Below, one piece after another: positions 1 to 11,540 of a stretch of 64,000 nucleotides of DNA. The stretch comes from Eledone cirrhosa (taxonomy: Eukaryota). The notes under the pieces are model-generated. The model was not told where the DNA came from and did no database searches. It saw only the letters and a program-made list of their open reading frames with translations. Made by a program: the position numbers and the translations under genes. The stretch is taken from positions 149,234,001-149,298,000 of the forward strand of contig OZ024742.1 in assembly GCA_964016885.1 (NCBI GenBank), written 5' to 3'. The stretch's first letter is position 1. Each line of letters opens with the position of its first letter.

Positions 1-239
1 TGCTATTATGATCACAAAACCCGAGGGTGGTGGATTGGCAGAACCATTAGAGCATTGAACAAACTGGTTTGCAGCATTTACTTATGACTCTTTACATTCT
101 GAGTTCAAATTCGAACTCAGAAAGCTGAGTTCGATAAAATAGGTACCAGTCATGTGATGGTGTCAACTTTCCTCAACCCATAAATTGTTGAACTTGTGCC
201 TAAATTAGAAATTATTACGATCACCAAATCTTTCCTTAA

Positions 240-836
240 CCCTTTCATTAACATATTTCTAATGAAATATACTGCCTATGATTTTGAAATAATTTTTGAA
301 AATAATCAAGAATTTGAAGAGATTTAATAAAACATCTAACTTTTTCATTATCAAGTTGGTGCTTGAAGCATAACTTCACAAAGGTTTTTATATGAATATA
401 AACAAGGGATTAGAAAGACCCTTCAGTTGTGTCAAAGACATGACAAGTTCACTTGTGCTGGTAATCTACACGATAAACGTACCCAGTACACTTTGTAAAG
501 TGGTTGGTGATAGGAAGGACAAGCAGCCGTAGAAAACCAGCCACACAGAGGGTTAGGTGGACCCTTTAGCTATGTTAAAGACATATAACAACCTCCTTAG
601 TGCTAGTGTCATGATAAAATGCACTCAGTAGAGCATGGGATTATATGTAAGCGAGATGCAAGCCTTCAGTCCATCTGAGAAGCCAGAAACCTTGTTTAAG
701 TATTGACTTGATCTGTGAAGACCCATCCAACTCTTACTAGCAGGGAAAACAGATGTTTGAAGATGAAACAATTTAAAATAAACAGTTTTCTGTCATAGAA
801 CCAGGGATGGTTTCAAGTGGTTTAGTATCAAAAAGG
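240..836. mobile_element. piggyBac-like MITE interrupted by a SINE
   Basis: TTAA|CCCTTT...AAAGG|TTAA; related copy at 45619-45848. Confidence 0.6.
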
Positions 837-1099
837 TTAAAAATGGACACAAATTTCTTTTCTTGCCCTGAGAAGTTTTAGCTTTTGAAAGAGTAAAAAA
901 TACAAAAGAATACAAAAATACAAAAAAGAAAAAAAAAAGAATTTAAAAGGAAAAGCAAAGTTTGTTACCAATGATTGGACTTTCTGGTATCGTTAAGTCA
1001 GGGCAATGTTTCAGAAGAGAGTCATATTGGTTTGAAGATATCACATCATCAATATTTCTTTCATTTTCAGCTAGTTGAGATAAATAGATAGAGATTAAA

Positions 1100-2055
1100 T
1101 GGACCCAGCTCACTATAAAGTGGTAGTGCTGGTGTCAATTTAAAATGCACCAAGTCCACTCTATAAAGCAGTAGTGCTGGTACCATGATAAAATGTTACC
1201 AGTCCACACTGTAAAGCGGTAGTGTTTGTACATGAAAAAAAGTACCTAGTTCACCCTGCTATGTCGTAGTGGTGGTGTCATGAGAAAATGAACCTAGAAG
1301 ATGCTGTGAAATGGTTGGTGTTAGGAAGAGCATCCAGCTGTAGAAACCATGTCAAAATGGAGTGTATCAGCAATACACAGTCATCTGACCTGTCTAGCTT
1401 CATAACATGACAACCTGTCTAACCCGTGCATGGAAAATAGACGTAAAACAGAGATGATGATGATGATGGACAAACAGATAGATAGTGAGAGATTAAAGGA
1501 AAAACCTATTTAGAAGCATGATTATAATTTTAAAAGTCTGATATATAGTTACTAGATTAATTATATAGATGTGTGCTAGCCCATAGTTTTGGTGTCACAA
1601 CAAAAAACACCCAGTGGTTATGTCAATGTCATAACAAAAAGCATTTAGTAAGGTGGCCAAACAGGTGCCATTACAAAAAGCACCTAATCCACCCTGTAAG
1701 GTGGTTGTGCTGGGACCATGACAAAAAAGCATCCAGTTCACCTTATAAGGCTCGTACCATGAGGAAAAATACTCAGTCCACCTTGTAATGTGGTCAAGCT
1801 GGTGCCACAATGAAAATAACCCAGTCTACTCTGTAAAGTGGTAGTGCTGGTGTCACGAAAAAAGCTCTCAGTACACATTGTAATATGGTTGGCATTAGGA
1901 AGGGTATCCAGCTGTAGAAAACTAAGCCCAAAATGGAATGTATGAGCAAGATGTGGTCACTTGACCTGGCTAGCTTCATAATGTGACAGCCCATCTAACT
2001 ATGCACGCATGGAAACTAGAGATAAAATAGTGATGACGATGATGATGATGATAAT
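1100..2055 (+). mobile_element. Two family-C SINE-like elements with internal ~55-bp tandem expansions
   Basis: Units like CCCAGTCCACTCTGTAAAGTGGTAGTGCTGGTGTCA..AAAA, then GGTTGGCATTAGGAAGGGCATCCAGC-like core and (GAT)n tails. Another copy lies at ~405-765. Confidence 0.7.
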
Positions 2056-3289
2056 GTTTATTTCTTACACTGACATAAGGCCAGAAATTTATGTGTGCAT
2101 ATTTAAATGATTGGTATTTAAAATCTATTGGTTGCAGAAGGATGAAAGGCAAAGCTGATCCCAGCCAGATTTGAACTCAGAGCTAAAGGCATTAAGTTTG
2201 GTACTCTATTATTTCTCACTGGCTACTAAGATAGCTGTGACATGATCACAGCTTAAAACATTCATAGTGAGACTTTTGTATCTTTATTGTACATAAAAAT
2301 ATCATATATGCTTTCATATACACCCCTATTATGAAGCATGTTTTGTTAGTGCTACTGCCAATCTATTATTTTTGTTGTGTTGCAGCATGGTTGTATGGTT
2401 AAGATGTTTGCTTCACAAAAAGTCTCCTCTAACTCATGCTAGTATGGAAAAGTAGATGTAAATATGATAATAATGATGAAGCATAGAAAAATGGATGTAA
2501 TATGATGATGGTAATGATGATAAAAATAAGAATTAGTAAAATACATGACTTACAAGGAATTTGTTGGTGGATATCAGCAAAAAGTGAAGGCAGAAAAGGA
2601 TTGTATGGTTGTGCAGACATTGCCAACTTCAGTATATCATTTAATTCTGCTTGGTTTTCTTTGGAGATGACATGGTGAAAATGTTTATTTGAAAGAAAGG
2701 TTTGGTTCCAAGTTAAATTACAATTATATTGAAAATGATCAAAAAGTGACTGGATCCTATTGTCGGAAACATACTGGATATTCTGCTTAACGGCAACCAG
2801 GAATTGTTGAGTAGACTGTTTAGGAAGTTCACTTAAGTGTTGAATCAAAAATGATAGAAGACATTTTTGGAAATATTCTGTTAGAGAAAAGAAGGTGGGA
2901 CAGCTAAAAAAAAAAATAGAAAAAGAAATAATATGAAAGTGCTCAAAAATAGAGCCAATAAAAAAAATCACAACGGACTATTTGGCTATGACTGGCCCAA
3001 TGGGTTGAAAAAAATGACACAATATCTGTTTACAATATTGATTACAATAATGATGGCAATGATAATAATGGTTTCTCCTTTTGGGGAGAGGAAAGTTATT
3101 AAATCGACCCCAGTACTTTACTGGTACTTTATTTTATTGACATAGAAAGGATGAAAGACAAAGTTAATATTTGCAGGATTTGAACTCAGAATGTAAAGAG
3201 CAAGAACAAATACTGCTAAGCATTTGTCTGACACCCTAATGACTCAGTTAATCCACTGCCCTTAGATGATAATGATAATAAAAATAATG

Positions 3290-4468
3290 ATTTCTTTATT
3301 AACTACAAAGGGTTTACAAAAAAAATGCATTAAAGGCAGCACAAGGTACAATGCGGGTTTCTACTGGTAACAATAAACAATAACAAAAAAAAAAAATTAA
3401 AATCAGAGCAAAAGAAAAAATTCCTGAACAGGAGGAAGACCACTGAGGGTTACTCATGGACAAAGCCCACAAAAAGCCATGGTCACCCTGACTGCTAGGG
3501 CAAGTGCCCTTTCCAAGTTGTCCTCCTCCAATACTACAGGCTCACGCTCAAGGCAGGCCATTCTCACCTTTCTCAACCACCTTTCAATAAAGTGACTGGA
3601 AGATAGCACTTCCCTCTCCACCCTGATTTTCCTTTTCAGGTTTTTACCTGAAAAAGTCATCAATGAGAGCGTCACCGAAGAGAAAAGTGTCCATCTTCAA
3701 CCTTTTCGGACACGTCCACCATACAACCTCTTTCACCATGGCTCCCAAGGCAGAAAAAAAAGAGCCTTCACTTCCTGGTTAAGGGAGGGCAGCGTGGCAA
3801 TCTTCAAAATGTACTCAGCTGATATACGACATAAACCCACAAATCAACGATACTCGGACACTGGACGAGTGCATGCAGGATGGTTTTGTCACTGGAGATG
3901 TCATATCCTCAGTGCATATCTGTGTATCATCAGCCACGACATGCCCAGTCCCCCCATGCAGCAAGTGTTGACAGCAAATGGAAAGAGTCAATGCTCCAGT
4001 GCAGTTGGACAAGGCACGACAGTCTGGTGGTAGCAGATAAAGGATGCGATGTATGTGTTTGCCACCTCCACCTGACCTTTCAGGGATAGCTTTCTCCCAG
4101 CCCATTTCTGGGTGAGAGTGGCTACCCAGCTTGTCACCTCATCCCAGTTTTTGTCCGTCTGGAGGTCCAGACCAACCAAACCAGATCCCAAGCAATTTAA
4201 CTGGTCTGTTCGATCATCACCCGACGACGCTGTTGGATGACATGGACCTCCTTCTCCAGATGTTGAGCTGCATGCCCACTGACTTTTCCTAGTTAATCTT
4301 TGCTCCTGTCACTGCTTCATATTCTCTCATAGCAGGCAGTGCCAATCACCTCAATGGTGACGATGTCTGCATAAGCTGACATGGTTCTCTCGCATCCTAG
4401 TTCGCGTGGGTTGCCCCTTAACATCTCCATTTTGTGCAGTAATGTCTCTAGAGTCAATACATACAACT
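3290..4468 (-). mobile_element. L1/Tx1-clade LINE 3' fragment
   Basis: LYVLTLETLL, SAYAD (RT), INxEKS and LSLKGQVEVANTYIAS; C-terminus KRKIRVEREVLS..ERW is shared with the 21645 ORF. 3' AATAAA lies next to (ATT/ATC)n. Confidence 0.8.
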
Positions 4469-7400
4469 ATTAATAATAATAATAATGATATTTTGCTTAA
4501 TTATTGCCACCAGAGTCTGTTCATACATACAATAAAAACATTACACATATAGGTTACAAAAAGTGTGGAAGTCGACGAAGTTGTATAAAAACAAAGGGAA
4601 GAATAAAGACATTTTTCAATATATAAAGGATGTAGTAAAATGTGATATAACATAATTATTTAGAAGCACAAAATACTTTTAAAAAAGGTATTTAAAAACC
4701 TTTAGGGTAACATACACATACAAGTCGGGACATTCATCCTAAATGAGCTTATGAGCAGTTTGGGTATTTGGCAAGGAGCCCACATCCTACTGAAAGCTCA
4801 TTTATATCTACCTACAAATTGTTGATATGGTTTACACAGCCAGTCTATCTTTTTAGCTTTCTCTGTAACTCTTTACTCAATTCTCAAAGCAGCAGCTTTT
4901 TTGTACTGATAAGTAGCTTGGTGGTAAGAGTGTTCGTTTCGCGATCGTAAGGTCGAGTGTTCAATCGCCGGACCTGGCGGCTCGTTGTGTCATTCAGAAA
5001 GACACTTCAATTCATGTTGCTCCAGTCCACTCTGCTGGAAAAAATGAGTTGTACCTTTCATTCAACGGGTCAACCTTGTCACACATTGTGTGACGCTGAA
5101 TCTCCCTAAGAATTACGCGTGGAAGATTCCGTCACTTACACACAGCTTTGTGGACTGAATCAAACGGAAACGACGGAGGTACAACAATAACATGGGGTAG
5201 ACAACACGATGTTTAATCATTTTTCGGAAGTATAGACGAAAGCACAGTTTCACTAATTAGCACACCGTAATAAGATGATGTAAATAAAAGAGGTAGGAAA
5301 AGAACATAAAGCAAATATCTTACAAGACTAAATTTTCATTAACCAGTTGGGGTTCCTCAGATACAAGAGATTGTAATAAAGATTCCCACTGTGGCATATC
5401 TCCATACTTCGACATAGTAGCATTACGCCACCAGGCCTCAGCCGCAACATGTGGATTTCGCTCGTTTTGGAAAGTAACAAAAAGTCCCCACCAAGCACTG
5501 GGAAGTTTTTTTACTGTACAGCATTGGGATGTCATTCTCCGGGTAACTACTTGTACCAAACTCGTCAACAATGTATGTTTAGCTCGGTGTGACTGGTGAA
5601 CTGACCAGCATTCAGGCGGCAAGACACATTGTCATATACTGTAACAGTACATCAATCAAAAGTATATACAACTTGGACTGCTTATAAATTTTGACGTGGC
5701 TAAACGAAACGTGTAACTATGCCGAGGAAATACGCGCGCAAAGTACTTTTTAAAAAATCGAAATTGAATTACAGAGTTACTTTTCGAGAAATGAACCTCT
5801 CCACTGTTTTGGATATTTCCACAATGCTGCTACTCGACAGAGATGTTTAGTGGTTTATTTATTGATCGCGGGAAATGATTATACAAATTAATAAACAATT
5901 TTTTTTTAGTACTCTATGCATATGAGGAGCTTATATTTTATTTAGATTATAAGAACCTTTAAATTTTATTCACAGTTGTATAAATAATATTACAAATTGT
6001 TTATAATTCTTACATAATGAAAATATAAACACAATATATACAATTAATTATAGCTAGGAACCTTATACATATTACACACAAAAATATATAAACAAAGCGA
6101 AGAAAAAAAAAATCATCAATTCAACACTAAGTGTGTCACACATCACAAGTGTCATCGGAAATTTTTGAGGTAAGCCAGCACGTTCGTAGTATTACAGCGA
6201 GTGATGGCGTGACCAAGGCGCTGAAACAACCAAGCACCCTCACGTGTATCGCCCGACACCTTGGCGGCGGCTCACCTTACCGAGGTGTCAGGTAATTCCC
6301 GTGAGAGCGCTTGGTTGCTCCAGCGCCTTAGCCTCGTTATCAACCGAAGTAATGCTGCCAGCGTTTCGGCTTGCCTCAAAAAGTATTAGAGGGAAGCTCC
6401 GGCGCCCCTTGCCCCTTGTACTGTATGACCGATTGATACACTTGAATTAATATTTTCTTTCGTTTTGATTTTATATATTTATGTTAAATGTTTATGTAAT
6501 TAAATATTGTATGTGTTATTTGTGTGTATATATTAATTCTGTAAGAATCATAAATAATTTGCAATGTTATATATACAATTGTAAATAAATATATTAATTT
6601 TACAAAACTACACAAAAGGGAATCAACTCTTTATTTACATATGAGTTATTTCCCTTAGACTAAAACTACAATGTATGCTTGAATATTTTAGGATGCTGAA
6701 ATAGATTCAATCCTTAATTCTACTGAACTCGAAACAGTAGAAATAAAAAATAACTATAACTAAATAAATATCGTATGTACTTGTTCTGTGTTGGCCGTCA
6801 GTAAACATTATATTTAGAAAAACCAACCTAGAGATACAGTAGAATTTATACACAAGTCTTTTAAGGCCATTTCTTTTCTGCTAAAGTAGGCGTTAGCCAA
6901 GCGGTCGTCATGACAGATTTCATACTCACCAATGGGTAATTTTCTAGGCAATGTTTTACAACCGGGTGTTCTTTCTGGTGTCAGGGGTTAGCCCTGAAGG
7001 CTCCTTGGATCAATTATGAAGCAATATTTTATGACCAGATACCCTGTCTGGTGCCCAAACCGGTCACCTCGTACAACACTCAGGAATATAGTGTGCCTAA
7101 TGGAAATAGGATACACACAGTATAAAACAGCAGAGTTTATCACCTTACAAAATGAACACGATGATTAGTTTTAAGTAATTATTATGACGGTCTAAGAAGT
7201 TGAGAGAGTTAGTTAAAGAAATATAACGTTCCAAGATTAAATCCTATCGGATTTAACTTTGCTTTTCTTCTTATGAAGAAAATAGGTACCAGTATTAAAC
7301 CAAAGTAAATTGAATTGTCTATAATGACTAATACATTCATATATATACCAGATAGAAAAATGCGTACAGCAAAAAAAAGTAATATTGTTGGAATATAAAC

Positions 7401-8436
7401 CTTTAAAAATACAGGACAAGAAACTAAAATAAAACTTTAAAAGAATAGGACAAGAAACTAAGATAAAACTTTAAAAGAGTAGGACAAGAAACTAAGATAA
7501 AACTTTAAAGAATTGGACAAGAAATAAAAAATGTTACAATAATATTAGTGGCAAAATTTTTATTGGTAAAAAATCGAGTTCCACATCCATAGGCTCTGGG
7601 TTCCACATTCAGAGGTCGTCGTCAGACCGGGGAGATCATTTGATCCTGGTTTGAACACCAATTATCCCATAACCATGCCCCTATTTCATCATTCGGCGAC
7701 ACGCCTCATGTGTCATGCATAATGTGAATGGACCCATGGGCCCATGAGCACAGATCTTGAGCAGCAGCGGACGGTCTTGTCGTCCCGCTCATCCTTGATC
7801 TTGACCAACCCGTCCATCTTCTCCTTGCATCTTGTCCTTGAGTTCAAGTCCGACAATCCAGATGAATGCGTGCCACAGCTTTCTGGTACAGGAAGGGGGA
7901 GCAGGAGGACTGGAGGGATGACGGGACAGAGGGAGGGAGGACCGGTGGTTGAGGGAGGTGCTGTAGTCGGTGGTCAGAGTCGACATCTTGTCCCGGTCGT
8001 CTTCTCCATCTTCGTCTGGTGTTGCGGGACCAGAAGTGCATTCTTATCTTAGTTTCTTGTCCTATTCTTTTAAAGTTTTATTTTAGTTTCTTGTCCTGTA
8101 TTTTTAAAGGTTTATATTCCAACAATATTACTTTTTTTTGCTGTACGCATTTTTCTATCTGGTCTACTATTTTTTAAGGCAATGCAAGCAACAACTATCT
8201 AATAATTAAATGATCATAGTGAATTACTGACAAGTGATTGACATTTTAAAGTTCTTTTGAGTATAATTGCAATCTAGTTGAGGCAACTGGCTTAATGACA
8301 AAGCTAGTAAATCATGAATGCATTTGAGATGATTAGTGCATAATAGTGAATTGGTGAAACTTGTGCATTTCAATGGTGTTACAACAATAGATGTAAGTTA
8401 TATAGTAGTAATACTTTATTATTTTAACTTTTTAGA

Positions 8437-8784
8437 ATGGACAAAAACCCATGCAAAGAAATGACTTTGACTGCAGTGATTCTCTCCAATTTACTTACAA
8501 AGCAAAACGTGGTCAAATACCTTATCATCTCTGATAAAATGCCCATTGAATCACTGAAAATCGGATGCATGGAATGCACCTATGAATCGGAAGCCATCAC
8601 ATATATCAATGGATATAGGGAGTTGTTCACACTGGAAGACCATCACTTCATTTGTGACTTCATCAGTTATCTCCACGATTATCTCAGACATCCAATGCCA
8701 TTGATGAGAGGTGATCCAATGTGTGAGCATGTAACTAATCTTATAGAAGTTGTTATCGACCACCTGGCTTTTAGTGACATTTGA
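8437..8784 (+). CDS. Hypothetical 115-aa protein of unknown family
   Basis: Uninterrupted non-repetitive ORF of normal composition in AT-rich DNA, preceded by a GTAAGT..TTTTAG intron-like segment (8393-8435). No family recognised. Confidence 0.3.
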   Translation: MDKNPCKEMTLTAVILSNLLTKQNVVKYLIISDKMPIESLKIGCMECTYESEAITYINGYRELFTLEDHHFICDFISYLHDYLRHPMPLMRGDPMCEHVTNLIEVVIDHLAFSDI

Positions 8785-9395
8785 CTGATTTGACTGATAA
8801 TGATGTATTTTTAAAAAGTATGTGTACATTCTTGTTACTATTTTAAGGCAATGCAAATTTAAAAATGACCATTGTGCATTACTAGTATGATGACATTTTA
8901 TTAAGTCACAAAATTAGTCAGTCAGCCATAGAACAAGGATCAGGTGGCAAAAACATTGGCAAAAAATCTGTGTCAATTTAAGATTTCCAACATTGTTCAA
9001 ATGAATCATACCTGGTTTGAAGTCAGATTTGTCAAATTTTGACCAATTTTCAATGTTGTGAAGATTGGGCAAGTTCAATTTTTGAATCATTTCTTTCATG
9101 CAGTAATTAAACTTTTCCAAACGTCGTAATTTCTGGATTACCTCCCCTAGCGTTACGCTTACTACTCACTCACTTGAACACAAGATTTATCAGCAAACTT
9201 TGATTATAAACTTTTTCCCGCTGGACCAAATTTCTAGATTTTTAAGCCAAAAGATGCGTAATGATCTACTGTTCATGCTCATATAAATTTTATCTCAGTT
9301 AAATAAAGTAGAGCCGCGCTGTACTGTCGTAAACAGACGATTGCCAACGAAAACACGACCACAACAATATTACTAAACGGACTACCGTCCGTTTA

Positions 9396-9439
<44 letters not shown>

Positions 9440-9729
9440 ATAATAATAAATGTGAAGACTAAAATCCAAAGAGGGCTCGATAAGGATAAATATATATCAA
9501 ATATATAAGAACCGTAGAGCAAATATTTATTAAAATAACAGATTAAAGTTTAAGCAAAGAATCTCTGCTTTCACCCTTAACGGGATCTTCTGAAACTAAC
9601 AAAGTCAATCTGTAAACGCAGGAGTGGATATTTCAAAAAACGTTGCAACCGGAGGAAGACAGGAAGACGATACTTTGGTTCGTGGAAACGTTCGCTGGCA
9701 AAGAACGGGAAAAAAAATATATATATATA

Positions 9730-9763
<34 letters not shown>

Positions 9764-9807
9764 CATGTATGTGTATATTTGTGTGTGTATGTATGCATGT
9801 ATACTTC

Positions 9808-9843
<36 letters not shown>

Positions 9844-9989
9844 TAAGTATATATCTTAAGTTTGGTCATTTGGTATTCGGTAAGAGTAATTAGACTCATA
9901 CCAAGGTGTAGATGACATTCCTTTGAGTATTGAGAATCACTCGATATCGATGCCTCCCAGATGGATATCAATACGAGAAGCAATAGTTT

Positions 9990-10505
9990 AACTTGAGCAG
10001 GTAGTTGCTCAACTCCTTCTCGAGTCTTGACTTAAAAATGTTGACTGGGGTTATGTGTCAACTATTTCTTGTTTGAGTGGTTGATCGCATGTGCAGAAAA
10101 GAAGTGGTTCCTAGGACTTGGTTGGTGTTGCACCTGGAACTTCCGGTTGTGTCCTCGAGTAGTCCTGCTGAGTACCTCCCTCAACAGTGCATTGCCGCAG
10201 ATGGGACATCTTCTAGTGTACAGTATTTCAAAAGATTGTATGATGTCTGCCCTTTGCCTCCTATACTCCAGCGTCGGGAGTCCCAAAGCCTGAAGACATT
10301 CATTGTAGGGCAGGAAAGAGAGCCTCTGGACGAGGCGTGTTGCTCTTTGCTGTAAATTTTCAACAATGTCCTTGTCCCTCTTTAACTTTGGTGCCTATAT
10401 AACGGAGGCTTACTCAAGATGTGGACGTTTCAGGCTTTTGTAAAGGAGTGTGAAGGACTGTTTGTCCAGTGCAAAGAAGGTATGCTTCAGAGCACCCACC
10501 CAGAG
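9990..10505 (-). mobile_element. CR1/L2-type LINE 3' fragment
   Basis: LGLPTLEYRRQRADIIQ and TTRGHNRKF..RNHFFS motifs typical of the CR1 ORF2 C-terminus. Confidence 0.78.
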
Positions 10506-10518
10506 TTCTCTCTCTCTC

Positions 10519-10709
<191 letters not shown>

Positions 10710-10714
10710 TTATT

Positions 10715-11000
10715 TATGCTAAGCTTAAACCTCTCTGGAGAGACAAAAACACCACTGTCAGTTTCAAAATAAAACTCCTGCAAGTCGTGGACCCTGACTA
10801 CTGGACTGCAAAGAAAGATACAAACAGTGGAGATGAGATGCTATAGAAGAATCCTGGGAATCTCCTACACAGAACACATCACGACCGGGGAGGTCCGCAG
10901 GTGAGCCACTTTGAAGGTCTGCTGACCACGGTGAAGAGGAGGAAGATAAGGTGGAATGGACATGTAACAAGATCGGACGGAGTCTCCAAGACAATTCCAG
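10715..11000 (+). mobile_element. RTE-clade LINE fragment
   Basis: EMRCYRRILGISYTEHIT and LLTTVKRRKIRWNGHVTRSDG. Confidence 0.8.
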
Positions 11001-11071
11001 AAGTGGAGGCAGTTAGTGCAGCGTTCAACATTGCAGTGTCCCAACGAACCCGAAAAGGGTTAAGGGACCAT

Positions 11072-11122
<51 letters not shown>

Positions 11123-11205
11123 ATATATATAAAATAAAGTACCAGTAATGCACTGGATAATTGCTGGCCTTGTGCCTAAAGTAGAAACAATTATTTGTAT
11201 TGTAT

Positions 11206-11267
<62 letters not shown>

Positions 11268-11399
11268 ATACAATACAAATAATTGTTTCTACTTTAGGCA
11301 CAAGGCCAGCAATTATTCCAGTGCATTACTGGTACTTTATTTTATCGACCCCGTAAGAATGCATTACAAATAATGTTATTAGGTTCACGCTTAGATGAA

Positions 11400-11491
11400 A
11401 GAGAGATAAATAGTTCCACGTATCGGACTTTAGCCCTTCGTCAGGAGATACAGTGGAAAGATAGAAAAAAAAAAAAAAATTAGAAAAGAGG

Positions 11492-11540
<49 letters not shown>

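Noticed and set aside
2429-2971. 180-aa minus-strand ORF
   Set aside because: Low-complexity F/I/S-rich translation of AT-rich DNA with no motifs.
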